Below, piece by piece: positions 31,222-42,370 of a stretch of DNA of 64,000 nt. Origin of the DNA: Bacillota bacterium (GTDB lineage: Bacteria > Bacillota_I > Bacilli_A > RF39 > UBA660). Under the pieces are notes generated by a model. It was not told the DNA's origin. It did no database searches and was given only the letters and a program-made list of their open reading frames with translations. A program made the translations under genes and the position numbers. Where the stretch lies: contig SVAS01000004.1 of the NCBI GenBank assembly GCA_015059285.1, positions 28,782-92,781 of the forward strand. Reading direction: 5' to 3'. Positions within the stretch are counted from its first letter, which is position 1, and the number at the start of each line of letters is the position of its first letter.

Positions 31222-32157
31222 TTAGTTTTTTTGTAATTTTATTCCTTGATAAGAATTTCTTTTAACCAATTCTTTATCTATTTCGTTTAAAACTCCAAAT
31301 TTTTTAATTAACCAAGTTGGCTCAATTAGATCATCTACTTTAGGATCCCCTGTAATTCTATTAATAACTATTTCTGGTCTTAATAGTTCTAGTTGATCAC
31401 AAGTAATACCTACATATTCTTCTTTAGTTAATACATGAAATGGTTTTTCTTTATATAATTTGGCTAGTTCTGTATTTTTTAGAATATGAAGCATATGAAT
31501 TTTGATTCCTTGAATATCTAGTTTATTTAGATATTTAACTGTATCAAGCATCATTTCTTTTGTTTCATAGGGTAGACCATTAATAATGTGAACAACGACA
31601 TTAATATTTCTTTCTCTTAATTTTTTTACCATTTGTTCAAAACATTCTAATGTATGACATCTATTAATTAAGATAGATGTTTTTTCATGTATTGTTTGCA
31701 AACCTAATTCAATAGTTAAATAAGTTCTTTTGTTTAACTGCTCTAAATAATCCAAACATTCACTAGTTATAGCATCACACCTAGTAGCTATTGATAAACC
31801 AATAACATTTTCTTGTTTTAAAATAAGTTCATATTTTTCTTTTAATATATTTATATCAGCGTATGTATTAGTATGTGCTTGAAAGTAACCTATATATTTT
31901 CCGTCTGGCCATTTTTTATGCATAATATTTTTTATTTCATTAAATTGTGTAACTAAATCTTGATTTTTATTTCCGGCATATTCGCCACTTCCTAAATTAG
32001 AACAATAAATACAACCTTTAGTACCAACTTTGCCATCTATATTAGGACATGTGAATCCGGCATTTAAACTTATTTTAAAAACTTTAGAGTTAAATTTATG
32101 TTTATAAAAATAATCCAAAGTATGGTATCTTTTATTTGTATCGCTGTATTTAAACAT
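31222..32157 (-). CDS. Radical SAM protein, YhcC/TIGR01212 family
   Basis: GFTCPNIDG..GCIYC, YFQAHTNTY, ELGLQT, GIKIHMLH. Confidence 0.88.
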   Translation of the reverse strand: MFKYSDTNKRYHTLDYFYKHKFNSKVFKISLNAGFTCPNIDGKVGTKGCIYCSNLGSGEYAGNKNQDLVTQFNEIKNIMHKKWPDGKYIGYFQAHTNTYADINILKEKYELILKQENVIGLSIATRCDAITSECLDYLEQLNKRTYLTIELGLQTIHEKTSILINRCHTLECFEQMVKKLRERNINVVVHIINGLPYETKEMMLDTVKYLNKLDIQGIKIHMLHILKNTELAKLYKEKPFHVLTKEEYVGITCDQLELLRPEIVINRITGDPKVDDLIEPTWLIKKFGVLNEIDKELVKRNSYQGIKLQKN

Positions 32158-32251
32158 AATCTCACTTCTTTTCTTATAATATTTTATCATAAAATGTAAA
32201 AAAACTTTATAAAAACAATAAAGTTTGATATAATTAAATAGGAGGTAAAAT

Positions 32252-33670
32252 ATGAAAAAGTATGGTTTATTAAAGGCAATAGGAATATGTTTTTTAATAT
32301 TTGTTGTTCTTAGTTGGATAATTCCAACGGGTAGTTATAGTACAGGTGAATATGTTAAGGCTTTAACTTCTCCTGTAGGACTTACAGATTTATTCTATTA
32401 TCCTGTTATTACATTTGGAACATTTATTCAATATGGATTATTATTTTTAATTCTAGGTGGATTCTATGGTGTAATGAATAAAACTGGAGTTTACAAAAAA
32501 TGGGTAGATGGGATTGCTAAAAGATTTAAGGGTAAAGAAAAAAGATTTTTAATTCTTACAATTTCAATTTTAACAATCTTATCAGCACTAACAGGTTTAC
32601 AACTTGCATTATTTGTTTTAGTACCATTATTAGTGGCTGTTATTTTAACTTTAGGTTACGATAAAATTGTTGCTTTTGTATCTACAGTAGGTGCCATATT
32701 AGTTGGTGGTATGGGTTCATTATATGGAGTAAATAGTGGACATATTAATGCGGCTTTAAGCCTTGATATGCATAATAATATTATTGCTAGAATAATATTA
32801 TTAGCAGTACTTACTTTCTTACTTATTATGTTTGTTATTAAAAAATCTAATTTAAAAGATAGTAAGAAAAAGACAAAAGAAGAAACTCTTTTAGAAATTC
32901 CATTATTAGATACTAAAGAAACTAGTAAAAAAAGCGTTACACCATTAGTTATTATTTTCAGTTTAGTAATGCTTGTATTATTAGTAAGTATGTATAGTTG
33001 GAATTATACATTAGGTATTACTTTATTTGATAATGTATATGAAACTTTAATGGGAATTACTATTAAAGATTATCCAATATTTCAAAATTTAATTGGTGAC
33101 ATTTCACCATTTGGTTATTGGGATACATATGAAATGTGTTTTGTTTTAATAGCTGGATCTTTATTATTAGGATGGATTTATAGTATTAAATTATCTGATA
33201 CTATTAAAGCTTTTTTTGAAGGCGCTAAAAAAATGTTAAAAGTTGCTTTCTATGTAACTTTAGCAAATATTGTTTTCACACTTATGATTTCAGCTTCTGA
33301 TAGTTCAATATTAAATACAATTAATCATTATTTATTATCAATGTCTGAAGGATTTAATATAGTAGTAGTATCATTACTTTCATTAGTAGGTTCTTTCTTC
33401 TATAATAATTTTTATTATTTAGCTAACATGACTTTAACTTCAGCTACTACAGTGTATACTGATACAACGATGTATGGCGTATTTGGTATTTTATTCCAAA
33501 GTTTATATAGCTTTGCTATGTTTATTTTACCAACAAGTTTTATTTTAATAGCTGGACTTAGTATGTTGGATATTTCTTGGAAAGAATGGTTTAAATATAT
33601 TTGGAAATACTTAATCCAAGCATTTATTATTATTCTTATAGCCTCAGTTATAGTATTTATACTTATATAA
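32252..33670 (+). CDS. YfcC/DcuC-like membrane transporter
   Basis: Many TMs; LSWIIPTG, FLILGGFYGVMNKTG, WKEWFKYIW. Confidence 0.7.
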   Translation: MKKYGLLKAIGICFLIFVVLSWIIPTGSYSTGEYVKALTSPVGLTDLFYYPVITFGTFIQYGLLFLILGGFYGVMNKTGVYKKWVDGIAKRFKGKEKRFLILTISILTILSALTGLQLALFVLVPLLVAVILTLGYDKIVAFVSTVGAILVGGMGSLYGVNSGHINAALSLDMHNNIIARIILLAVLTFLLIMFVIKKSNLKDSKKKTKEETLLEIPLLDTKETSKKSVTPLVIIFSLVMLVLLVSMYSWNYTLGITLFDNVYETLMGITIKDYPIFQNLIGDISPFGYWDTYEMCFVLIAGSLLLGWIYSIKLSDTIKAFFEGAKKMLKVAFYVTLANIVFTLMISASDSSILNTINHYLLSMSEGFNIVVVSLLSLVGSFFYNNFYYLANMTLTSATTVYTDTTMYGVFGILFQSLYSFAMFILPTSFILIAGLSMLDISWKEWFKYIWKYLIQAFIIILIASVIVFILI

Positions 33671-33747
33671 GAGATGATTACATCTCTTTTTTTCTTTCTT
33701 TTCTTTTAATTCTATGATAAAATATTAATAGAAAGTAGGGCTTTTAT

Positions 33748-34632
33748 ATGGATAAGTATTATGGTATTTATTATTTCATATGTATTATTTGGTGTTTAGC
33801 ATTTATTGGTATGACTTTATATTTATATTTTAATAATAGCAGACCTTATGTCGCAAAATTTAAAGAACGATTTTATCCAAGAATTCCTTCTAATTTAAAT
33901 CCAGGAGAATTAAGTAATTTAATGTATAAAAAAGTTTTTCCAGAGGTTTTTACAGCAACCATCATGGTTTTAGTAAAAAAAGATATATTAATACTTAAAA
34001 GACATAAAAAAGAATATACTTTGTCATTAAATAAACTTGATGCTAAACTTTCACCTAGTCAAAAATTAGTTTTAAATATTTTAATTAATGATATTGGTAA
34101 TGGCGAAAAAGTAACTTTTAAACAAATAGAAGATTATTGTAAAAGCCCACGTAATTGTTCAGAGTTTTTACTTAATTATCAATTATGGTCTAAAATGATT
34201 ACTAAAGAATCTAATAAAAAAAGATTTTATGAAGATAAAACTCAATATAATCAAGTAAAATCTATGCGTATGATTGGAATAATTTTGTTTTTAATAAATA
34301 TTATATTTAATTATCATAGTTTAATTGGTTATGCAATTATTGTTCCTGCTTGTTTTATAGTTTTATATTTTTATAAAATTTATAAAAGAACAGAAAGTGC
34401 GAATGAAGAATATAGTAAGTGGCTTGCTTTTAAACGTTATTTAGTACATATTGATGATTTTGTTTATCAAAAAGATGATATTGCAAGTTATATTATTTAT
34501 GGGTTAGTATTAAAAATGCCAGATTTAGAAAAAAAATTAACTGATTTTCATTGTGTTGAAAAACTAAATAATTTAATAACTCATAATGTAGTTATGGCGA
34601 ATTTAAAAGGTAGTAGGAGTTTTCATCGTTAA
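33748..34632 (+). CDS. DUF2207-related membrane protein (C-terminal part)
   Basis: Similar to 21338 C-terminus: KRTE.ANEEY.KWLAFKRYL. Confidence 0.6.
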   Translation: MDKYYGIYYFICIIWCLAFIGMTLYLYFNNSRPYVAKFKERFYPRIPSNLNPGELSNLMYKKVFPEVFTATIMVLVKKDILILKRHKKEYTLSLNKLDAKLSPSQKLVLNILINDIGNGEKVTFKQIEDYCKSPRNCSEFLLNYQLWSKMITKESNKKRFYEDKTQYNQVKSMRMIGIILFLINIIFNYHSLIGYAIIVPACFIVLYFYKIYKRTESANEEYSKWLAFKRYLVHIDDFVYQKDDIASYIIYGLVLKMPDLEKKLTDFHCVEKLNNLITHNVVMANLKGSRSFHR

Positions 34633-35267
34633 TGAAATATATAATTAATAATGAGGAATATGAAGTTGTTATAGAAAAAAAGAATAATAAAAATACATAT
34701 ATTAGAGTAAAAGAAGATTTGAAAATATATGTTACTACTAATTATTTTGTATCTAAATCGTATATTAAAAGTCTTTTAGATAATAATATAGATTATTTAG
34801 AAAATATGCTAAATAAGCGTAAACAACAACTTGAAAGAAATGCATGCTTTTATTATTTAGGTAATAAATATGATATAATATTAGTATCTAGTTTTGATAG
34901 TTTAGAAGTACTAGGCAATAAAATATACGCTAAAGATAATAAGATGGTTGAAAAATGGTATAAAAAACAAATGGAGAGTTTATTTAAAGAACGTTTGCTT
35001 TTAAACTATAACCAATTTGAAGAAGATATTCCTTTTCCTAATTTAAAAATTAGAAATATGAAAACTAGATGGGGAGTATGTAATAAAAAAAGTAAGACAA
35101 TTACTTTAAATTCTAATTTGATGAAATATGATATAACTAAGTTAGATTATGTTATAATTCATGAACTTTCCCATTTTATATATTTTGATCATTCTAGTAA
35201 TTTTTGGAATTTAGTTGCCAAATATTGTAAGAATTATAAAAAAGTTCGTAAAGAATTACGTGATTAG
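34632..35267 (+). CDS. YgjP/DUF45 metallopeptidase-like protein
   Basis: MKTRWGVCN, DYVIIHELSH, HSSNFW. Confidence 0.88.
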   Translation: MKYIINNEEYEVVIEKKNNKNTYIRVKEDLKIYVTTNYFVSKSYIKSLLDNNIDYLENMLNKRKQQLERNACFYYLGNKYDIILVSSFDSLEVLGNKIYAKDNKMVEKWYKKQMESLFKERLLLNYNQFEEDIPFPNLKIRNMKTRWGVCNKKSKTITLNSNLMKYDITKLDYVIIHELSHFIYFDHSSNFWNLVAKYCKNYKKVRKELRD

Positions 35268-35276
35268 AGGTGAAGT

Positions 35277-36518
35277 ATGAAAAAGGTTTTTAATATAGTT
35301 TTAATAGGTTTAATTATGATACCGTTTTTAACAGTACCTTTAAGTAAGGTTGAAGCAGAAACACTTAGAGAATTAAAAGAAAAATTAGAAAAGACAAAGC
35401 AAGAGTTAAAAAATCAACAAGAGCAGGAAAAATTAACTCAAGCAGAAATTGATAAAATAAATGCTAATATTTCTAATATTAATGCAACAATTAAACAGAT
35501 TGGCGAAGATATGATTAAGCTTAATGAAGAAATAGAAAAAGCTAAAGTAGAAATAGCTGAAAAGGATGAACAAATTAAAGAAGTTATTAATTTTTTACAA
35601 GTTTCTAGTGGAGAGTCTGAATATATGGAATATATATTTGGTGCTCAAAATTTTACAGATTTTATTTATCGTGTATCTATAACAGAACAAATGACTGAAT
35701 ATAATAACCATTTAATAGATGAAGCTAATGCTTTAATAGAAAGCAATAAAAAAAGGCAAGTAGAACTTACTAATAAGGAGAAAGAACTTGAACAAAAGCA
35801 AGTAGCTTTAGCTGCAGAACTAAAAAAAGTAAAAGCAGATTTATCAAAAATATATGATATTTTTGTTGATTTAGAAGAATCGATTAAAGTTCAAGAATCA
35901 ACTGTTAAAATGTATGAACAAGATTTAAATTGTGGATTAGATGAAGATACAGATGCTTGTCTTCAAAGAGTTTTACGCGAAAATTTAGAGATTGCTTTAT
36001 CTAGTGCAATATTTACAAGACCAACAACATCAGGTTATATTTCAAGTAATTTTGGTCCTAGAGGTTTTTGGCTAAATGGTAGATGGACAGAAGATTATCA
36101 TACTGGTATTGATATAGCTAATCCACTGGGAACGCCAGTATATTCAACAAGTGTTGGGGTTGTTTCAGCTATAACTTGGAAATATTCTTGTGGTGGTAAT
36201 ATGGTATTTATTCACCACTGGATAAATGGAAGAACTTATACAAGTTTATATATGCACTTATATCAAGTTAATGTAAAAGTTGGGGATGTTGTAACTGGTA
36301 ATACGGTTATTGGTACAGTTGGAGGAGATCCTGGTGTTACTTGGTGGGATGGATGTTCAACTGGTTCGCATTTACACTTCACGTTATTAAATGGTCTGGT
36401 TGGAGATGATTATTATGCTTGGGGTGATATGTTCTATGCAAGTTTAATTGATCCAAGAACAAAAGTTACATTCCCACCATATGGCGGATCATTCTATGAT
36501 CGTACTAGTAAATATTAA
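35277..36518 (+). CDS. Secreted coiled-coil M23 peptidoglycan endopeptidase
   Basis: Signal peptide, coiled coil, HTGIDI, STGSHLHF. Confidence 0.88.
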   Translation: MKKVFNIVLIGLIMIPFLTVPLSKVEAETLRELKEKLEKTKQELKNQQEQEKLTQAEIDKINANISNINATIKQIGEDMIKLNEEIEKAKVEIAEKDEQIKEVINFLQVSSGESEYMEYIFGAQNFTDFIYRVSITEQMTEYNNHLIDEANALIESNKKRQVELTNKEKELEQKQVALAAELKKVKADLSKIYDIFVDLEESIKVQESTVKMYEQDLNCGLDEDTDACLQRVLRENLEIALSSAIFTRPTTSGYISSNFGPRGFWLNGRWTEDYHTGIDIANPLGTPVYSTSVGVVSAITWKYSCGGNMVFIHHWINGRTYTSLYMHLYQVNVKVGDVVTGNTVIGTVGGDPGVTWWDGCSTGSHLHFTLLNGLVGDDYYAWGDMFYASLIDPRTKVTFPPYGGSFYDRTSKY

Positions 36519-36566
36519 ACGACAAAAAAATTAATACTTTTGTATTATAGTAATGTTGGTGATAAT

Positions 36567-36737
36567 ATGAAAGTTAAAATATTTGATGAAAATCATGAAA
36601 AGGATTTAGAACAATCTATAAATGAATTTTTAGCTGAAAATGAAAGAGAAATTATTGATATTAAATTTGAAACAGCAATTAGTGTTTTTTCAGAGGAACA
36701 AATATATTGTTTTTCAGCTATGATTATATACAAATAA
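36567..36737 (+). CDS. Sporulation protein Cse60-like
   Basis: MKVKIFDENHEKDLE...FSAMIIYK. Confidence 0.75.
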   Translation: MKVKIFDENHEKDLEQSINEFLAENEREIIDIKFETAISVFSEEQIYCFSAMIIYK

Positions 36738-36772
36738 AAGAGATTTTATCTCTTTTTCATTAGAGGTGAATT

Positions 36773-38410
36773 ATGAAAAAAAATAATTTTTTAGAAGGGG
36801 CAATGATAGCGACTATTGGAATAATTATGTGTAAAATAATAGGAGTATTATATGTTATTCCATTTTATAAAATAATAGGTACTAAAGGAGGTACTTTATA
36901 TAGTTATGCTTATTCTATATATGCAGTATTTTTAACACTTTCTTCAACAGGAATACCACTTGCTATTAGTAAAATGGTCAGTGAATATAATAGTTTAGAG
37001 TATTATCATACAAAAGAAAGAGTTTATAAACTAGGTCGTATTATTATTGTAGGCATTGGTTTTGTTTCTTTCTTAGCGTTAATCATTTTAGCTCCTAGTA
37101 TTGCTAAGATGATTATTGGTGATATGCAAGGTGGAAATACTATAGAAAGTATTACTATGGTAATTCGTGTCATATCTTCTGCTTTACTTATTGTTCCTTT
37201 ACTTAGTGTTACTAAAGGTTATTTACAAGGACATAAATTTATAACACCTAGTAGTATGTCTCAAGTAATTGAACAAATAATCCGTGTACTAGTTATTATA
37301 GTCGGTAGTTATACAGCTATTAAAGTATTTGATTTAAGTGTTGATACTGCTGTTGGTATAGCTGTTTTTGGAGCCACTATAGGAGCATTAGTCGCATACA
37401 TTTATTTAGTATCTAAAATTTCTAAAAATAAAAATAATTTAAATAAAAATATGCCTATAACTCGTGAAGAAGCAAAAATAACCAATAAAGATTTAATTAA
37501 AAAAATAATTGTATATGCTTTACCATTTATTGTTATTGATTTAGTTAAATCCGCATACTCATTAGTTGATACAATGACTGTTGTTAGGACTTTAGATTTG
37601 TTAGGAAAAAGCGCTAATTATGCTGAAACAACTTTAGGGGTAATTACAACCTGGGGAACTAAATTAAATATGATTGTTATATCTATTTCCTTGGGTATTG
37701 TTGTAAGTTTAATTCCAAATATTGCAAGTAGTTATATCAAAAAAGATATGAAAGATGTTAATAAAAAAGTAAATCAATCTATACAAGCATTACTTTTGAT
37801 TACTTTACCAATGGTAGTAGGAATTGCTTTTTTAGCAACGCCTATTTGGAATGTTTTTTATGGATTTGATGCTTTAAGTATAAACATTTTTAGAGCATTT
37901 ATATTTCAAGCTCTTTCATTTTCAATATTTACCGTATTAATTAATATTATGCAGACACTAAATAATACTAAAGTAACTTTTATTGCTTTACTAGCAAGTT
38001 TCATATTTAAAGTGATTTTAAATATACCATTTATGCATTTGTGTAAAATAATTAATATACCTTTATATTTAGGACCAATAATTGTTACTTTAATTACCCA
38101 ATTTTTAGCAATCTTCTACATCATTTATGTGCTAAAAAGAACTTATAAAATTAATTTTAAAGAAACAAGAGAAGTATCTATAAAAATTATTTTAACAACT
38201 GGAATTATGCTAATGGTATTAATGATCTTAAACTTATTTATTGATATTAATATAACAAGTAGAATGTTATCAATATTATATATTATGTTATATACATTCA
38301 TAGGAGTTTTAGTATATGGAATAATAATGTTTAAAACGAAAACTTTAGAAAATGTGTTAGGTAGTAACTTGATTAATTCTATTTTAACTAAATTACATCT
38401 AAAAAAATAA
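36773..38410 (+). CDS. MOP-family flippase (MurJ/YtgP-like)
   Basis: KIIGVLYVIPF, GIPLAISK, GYLQG, SQVIEQIIRV; many TMs. Confidence 0.85.
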   Translation: MKKNNFLEGAMIATIGIIMCKIIGVLYVIPFYKIIGTKGGTLYSYAYSIYAVFLTLSSTGIPLAISKMVSEYNSLEYYHTKERVYKLGRIIIVGIGFVSFLALIILAPSIAKMIIGDMQGGNTIESITMVIRVISSALLIVPLLSVTKGYLQGHKFITPSSMSQVIEQIIRVLVIIVGSYTAIKVFDLSVDTAVGIAVFGATIGALVAYIYLVSKISKNKNNLNKNMPITREEAKITNKDLIKKIIVYALPFIVIDLVKSAYSLVDTMTVVRTLDLLGKSANYAETTLGVITTWGTKLNMIVISISLGIVVSLIPNIASSYIKKDMKDVNKKVNQSIQALLLITLPMVVGIAFLATPIWNVFYGFDALSINIFRAFIFQALSFSIFTVLINIMQTLNNTKVTFIALLASFIFKVILNIPFMHLCKIINIPLYLGPIIVTLITQFLAIFYIIYVLKRTYKINFKETREVSIKIILTTGIMLMVLMILNLFIDINITSRMLSILYIMLYTFIGVLVYGIIMFKTKTLENVLGSNLINSILTKLHLKK

Positions 38411-38501
38411 TTCAACGAAAGTTGAATTTTTTTTGTTATCCTGTTTAAAAAGACAAAATATTCATCATTATAATCATAGAATAGAAATGGGAGATGATAA
38501 T

Positions 38502-40814
38502 ATGTTTGGTAATTTCACAGAAGAAGCAAGAAAAATATTAGTGAATGCAAAATTAGAAATGTTTAATTTAAAACACCCTTATGTTGGTAGTGAACACTTG
38601 GTTTTAGCTATTTTAAAACAAGATAATAATATATCTAAAAAATTAAAAAAATATAATTTAAATTATGATAAATTTAAGCAAGAAATAATAAATATTATTG
38701 GAATTGGTAGTAAAGAAAGTGAATGGTTTTTATATACACCATTACTTAAAAGAATTATTGAAACATCTATTATAAATAGTAAAGAAAATAATAATGGTGA
38801 TGTTACCGTTGAACACCTTTTCCAAGGACTTCTTGAAGAAGGTGAAGGTGTAGCGATTAGAATAATGCTTGGTATGAATATTGATTTAGATAGTCTTTAT
38901 AATGAATTTACAACTAAATTAGTAAGTACTAAAAAGAAAAAGAATAAAAAATTAATATTAGAAGAATTAGGGGTAGATCTAACTAAAAAAGCATCTAACG
39001 GAGAATTAGATCCGGTTGTTGGAAGAGATAAAGAAATTTCTAGAGTATTGGAAATATTATCTAGAAGAACTAAAAACAATCCTTTACTAATTGGGGATGC
39101 AGGAGTAGGAAAAACTGCAATTGTAGAAGAACTTAGTAGAAAAATAGCAAGTGGTGATGTACCACTCAGTTTAAAAAATAAACGTATTATTAGCTTAGAT
39201 ATGGCAACTACAGTAGCAGGAACTAAATACCGTGGAGAATTTGAAGAAAGAATGCGTAAAATACTAAAAGAAATAGAAGAAAATGATGATATTATTTTAT
39301 TTATAGATGAAATACATACTTTAGTTGGTGCAGGTGGTGCAGAAGGAGCAATTGATGCTTCTAACATTTTTAAACCTGCTTTAGCTCGTAATAAACTTAG
39401 ATGTATTGGCGCTACTACTACAGATGAATATAAGAAATTTATAGAACAAGATGGTGCATTAGAAAGAAGATTTCAAAAAGTATATATAGAAACTCCAAAG
39501 TTAGAAACTATCAAAGATATATTAATGAAATTAAAACCAATATATGAAGAGTATCACTTAGTTAATATTGAAGAAAATATGATTGACTTAATAATATCTT
39601 TATCAGAAAAATATGTTTATGATAGAAATCAACCCGATAAATCAATAGATATATTAGATGAAGTATGCGCGAAAGTAAGCCTGCAAGAAAGTAAAGATAT
39701 AAAAGAATATAATAAATTATTAAAAAGTTTGAATGACATTAGAAATAAAAAGAATGATGCTATTATTAATGGTGAATTTAAAGAGGCATCAAAATATAAA
39801 GAGGAAGAAAATAAATTAGAAAATAAAGTTAATAATTTAGAACTTTCTTTATATTCTAAAAATAAAATTAAAACAGTAACTAAAGAAGATGTGGCAGAAG
39901 TAATCCACATTAAAACTAAAATACCTATTTATGAACTTATTAACGATAATAATAAAATAATAGAAAAAATTGAAAATAAAATGCAAAATCAAATTATTGG
40001 CCAAGAAGAAGCAATCAATCAAATTATTAATATTACTAAAAGAATAAAGTTAGGGTTCAAAGATGATAATAAATGCTATTCCATTATGTTTGTAGGTCCT
40101 ACCGGAGTAGGAAAAACTAAGTTAAGTAAAATATTTGCATCAGAATTAGTTGGTAAAAATAATATTATCAAGTTAGATATGAGTGAATTTAGTGAATCTC
40201 ATAGTATTAGTAAAATAGTAGGCGCATCTCCTGGGTATGTTGGATATGCGGATAATAAAAATGTTTTAGAGGAAATAAGAAATAAACCATATTCTGTTTT
40301 AATATTAGACGAAATAGAAAAAGCTCATCCTGATATAATTAATTTATTATTTCAAATATTAGATGAAAGTAAAATTAAAGACGCTAAAGGAAATACAGTT
40401 AGATTTGATAACGTAACAATCATTATGACTTCTAATATTGGATTTAATAATAGTTCAATTGGTTTTAGTGAAAACAAAAGTAAGGTACTTACAAACTTAA
40501 AAGAAACATTCTCACTACCTTTTATTAATAGAATTGATAATATTTTAGTATTTAATAGGCTTTCTAAAGATAATTTAAAAGAAATTATTAATAAAGAAAT
40601 AAAAACATTAGAAGAAAAATATAAACAAAAAAACATAAAAATTAAAATAAGTAAAAAAGTAATAGAAGAAATTATTGATAAGTGTGATTATAAAGAGTTT
40701 GGTGCTAGAAAAGTTAGTAAAGTCATCAAATCAGATTTAGATAATATCATAATAGAACAAATTTTAAATGGTAGTACCAACATCAATATCAAAACATTAA
40801 AACAATTAGTATAG
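38502..40814 (+). CDS. clpC: ATP-dependent Clp protease ATP-binding subunit ClpC
   Basis: Clp N-domain (HPYVGSEHL), two AAA+ modules, UVR-like linker. Confidence 0.88.
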   Translation: MFGNFTEEARKILVNAKLEMFNLKHPYVGSEHLVLAILKQDNNISKKLKKYNLNYDKFKQEIINIIGIGSKESEWFLYTPLLKRIIETSIINSKENNNGDVTVEHLFQGLLEEGEGVAIRIMLGMNIDLDSLYNEFTTKLVSTKKKKNKKLILEELGVDLTKKASNGELDPVVGRDKEISRVLEILSRRTKNNPLLIGDAGVGKTAIVEELSRKIASGDVPLSLKNKRIISLDMATTVAGTKYRGEFEERMRKILKEIEENDDIILFIDEIHTLVGAGGAEGAIDASNIFKPALARNKLRCIGATTTDEYKKFIEQDGALERRFQKVYIETPKLETIKDILMKLKPIYEEYHLVNIEENMIDLIISLSEKYVYDRNQPDKSIDILDEVCAKVSLQESKDIKEYNKLLKSLNDIRNKKNDAIINGEFKEASKYKEEENKLENKVNNLELSLYSKNKIKTVTKEDVAEVIHIKTKIPIYELINDNNKIIEKIENKMQNQIIGQEEAINQIINITKRIKLGFKDDNKCYSIMFVGPTGVGKTKLSKIFASELVGKNNIIKLDMSEFSESHSISKIVGASPGYVGYADNKNVLEEIRNKPYSVLILDEIEKAHPDIINLLFQILDESKIKDAKGNTVRFDNVTIIMTSNIGFNNSSIGFSENKSKVLTNLKETFSLPFINRIDNILVFNRLSKDNLKEIINKEIKTLEEKYKQKNIKIKISKKVIEEIIDKCDYKEFGARKVSKVIKSDLDNIIIEQILNGSTNINIKTLKQLV

Positions 40815-40825
40815 AGAGGAATAAT

Positions 40826-41188
40826 ATGAATAGAAACGAATTATTTAATGATAATTTCTTTAGAAGAAATGATTTATTTAAAGCAGATATTTATGAAAAA
40901 GATAACTTATATAAAATAATATTAGATTTGCCAGGATTTAAAAAAGAAAACATAAGCGTTGAATATAGTAATGGTTATTTAAATATTATTGCTATTCAAG
41001 ATAATAAAATAAATGATGATACTAATTTTATCCACAGAGAAAGATTTTATGGTGAATATAAAAGAACTTTTTATGTGGGATGTATTAATGAAAATAAAGT
41101 TAATGCTAAATATCAAGATGGCACTTTAATTATTGATTTAGAAAAACAAAATGAAAATAATCGTATTAAACAAATAGATATAAAATAG
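40826..41188 (+). CDS. Small heat shock protein Hsp20
   Basis: DLPGFKKENI, RERFYGEYKRTF, AKYQDGTL. Confidence 0.9.
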   Translation: MNRNELFNDNFFRRNDLFKADIYEKDNLYKIILDLPGFKKENISVEYSNGYLNIIAIQDNKINDDTNFIHRERFYGEYKRTFYVGCINENKVNAKYQDGTLIIDLEKQNENNRIKQIDIK

Positions 41189-41288
41189 CCACTTTTAAAT
41201 AAGTGGTTTTTATTTGCATTTATGTTGTACTTCTGTTCTAAATAATAAAAGTATGTATAATAAAACTTGTTAGAATAGGAGTGAGTTT

Positions 41289-42296
41289 ATGAAGAGAAAA
41301 GGATTTACCTTAATTGAATTGTTAGCAGTAATAGTAATACTGGCAATAATAGCGCTAATTGCAGTACCAGTGATAATGAATATAATAAGCAGTGCAAGAA
41401 AGAGTGCATTTGAGGATACTGCGTATGGATTAATAAGTGCAGGAGAGATGTATTATGCAAATGCATTATTAAATGATGGAATGACAGAAGATGCTGAATT
41501 TACATTTAATAATGGAGAATTTGTAGGAGAAAACAAATTAGAAGTAAAAGGTTCATTACCAGAAAATGGTAAAGTAAAGGTTACAAAAGATGGTAAAGTA
41601 ATTGTAGCAGTCAACAATGGTTCTATGTGTGCTAAAAAAAGAGTAGATGATACAAAAGTAAAATTAGAAGAAACATTAGAATATTGTACATTAGAACCAA
41701 CGTTAAAAGAGTTGGCAAAAACAAATGACTTTGCTACAAGTGTAGATGCATGTGCTACAGCAGGAACAACATGTTCAACAGGGACACCATTTGCAATAGA
41801 AGTAGCGCTAGGAGACATCAAAAATTTCTATGTAGTAAGTGATGTAAATAATACTGTAACACTAATCATGGATAGGAATATTGGTGATATGGTAGCATGG
41901 GGAACTTCGCAAGCAAGTGGGCCAATCACCGCTTTAAATTATTTAGAAAGCCAAACAGCAGGATGGACAAATATAGTAGCAAAGAATTATACATTAGCAG
42001 ATGATAATGTTATAAAAGGCTATAATGATATTGTTACGACAAATGTAAGGGCTAGAATGATAACAAAGAGTGAAGCTTTAGGTTTAAAGAAAAATACTTG
42101 GTTATATAGTAATTTGATTCCTGGTACCCCACCATATGGGTATTGGACAAGCACTGCTTATGTGGATTATATTGATGATGCTTATGCTTGGACAGTGGAT
42201 CCGAATATGGATGTAGATCTGAGTGGATGTTCTATTGGAACTAGTGATTGTTATGGTGTCCGTCCAGTAATAGAAATTTCAAAAAAAGATAACTAA
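41289..42296 (+). CDS. Type IV pilin-like protein with CLec-like C-terminus (pilin 3)
   Basis: RKG/FTLIELLAVIVIL; YWTSTA...YGVRPVIEISKK. Confidence 0.88.
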   Translation: MKRKGFTLIELLAVIVILAIIALIAVPVIMNIISSARKSAFEDTAYGLISAGEMYYANALLNDGMTEDAEFTFNNGEFVGENKLEVKGSLPENGKVKVTKDGKVIVAVNNGSMCAKKRVDDTKVKLEETLEYCTLEPTLKELAKTNDFATSVDACATAGTTCSTGTPFAIEVALGDIKNFYVVSDVNNTVTLIMDRNIGDMVAWGTSQASGPITALNYLESQTAGWTNIVAKNYTLADDNVIKGYNDIVTTNVRARMITKSEALGLKKNTWLYSNLIPGTPPYGYWTSTAYVDYIDDAYAWTVDPNMDVDLSGCSIGTSDCYGVRPVIEISKKDN

Positions 42297-42370
42297 TTAA
42301 GTTATCTTTTTTTGAAATTTTAAAAGGGATTTTAATAATGAGTATTGTATATTTTTGTAGGAGGAAATAT

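Noticed and set aside
38897-40636. Antisense ORFs inside clpC (likewise inside clpB, the pilins, uvrA and others)
   Set aside because: Shadow ORFs on the opposite strand of well-supported genes.
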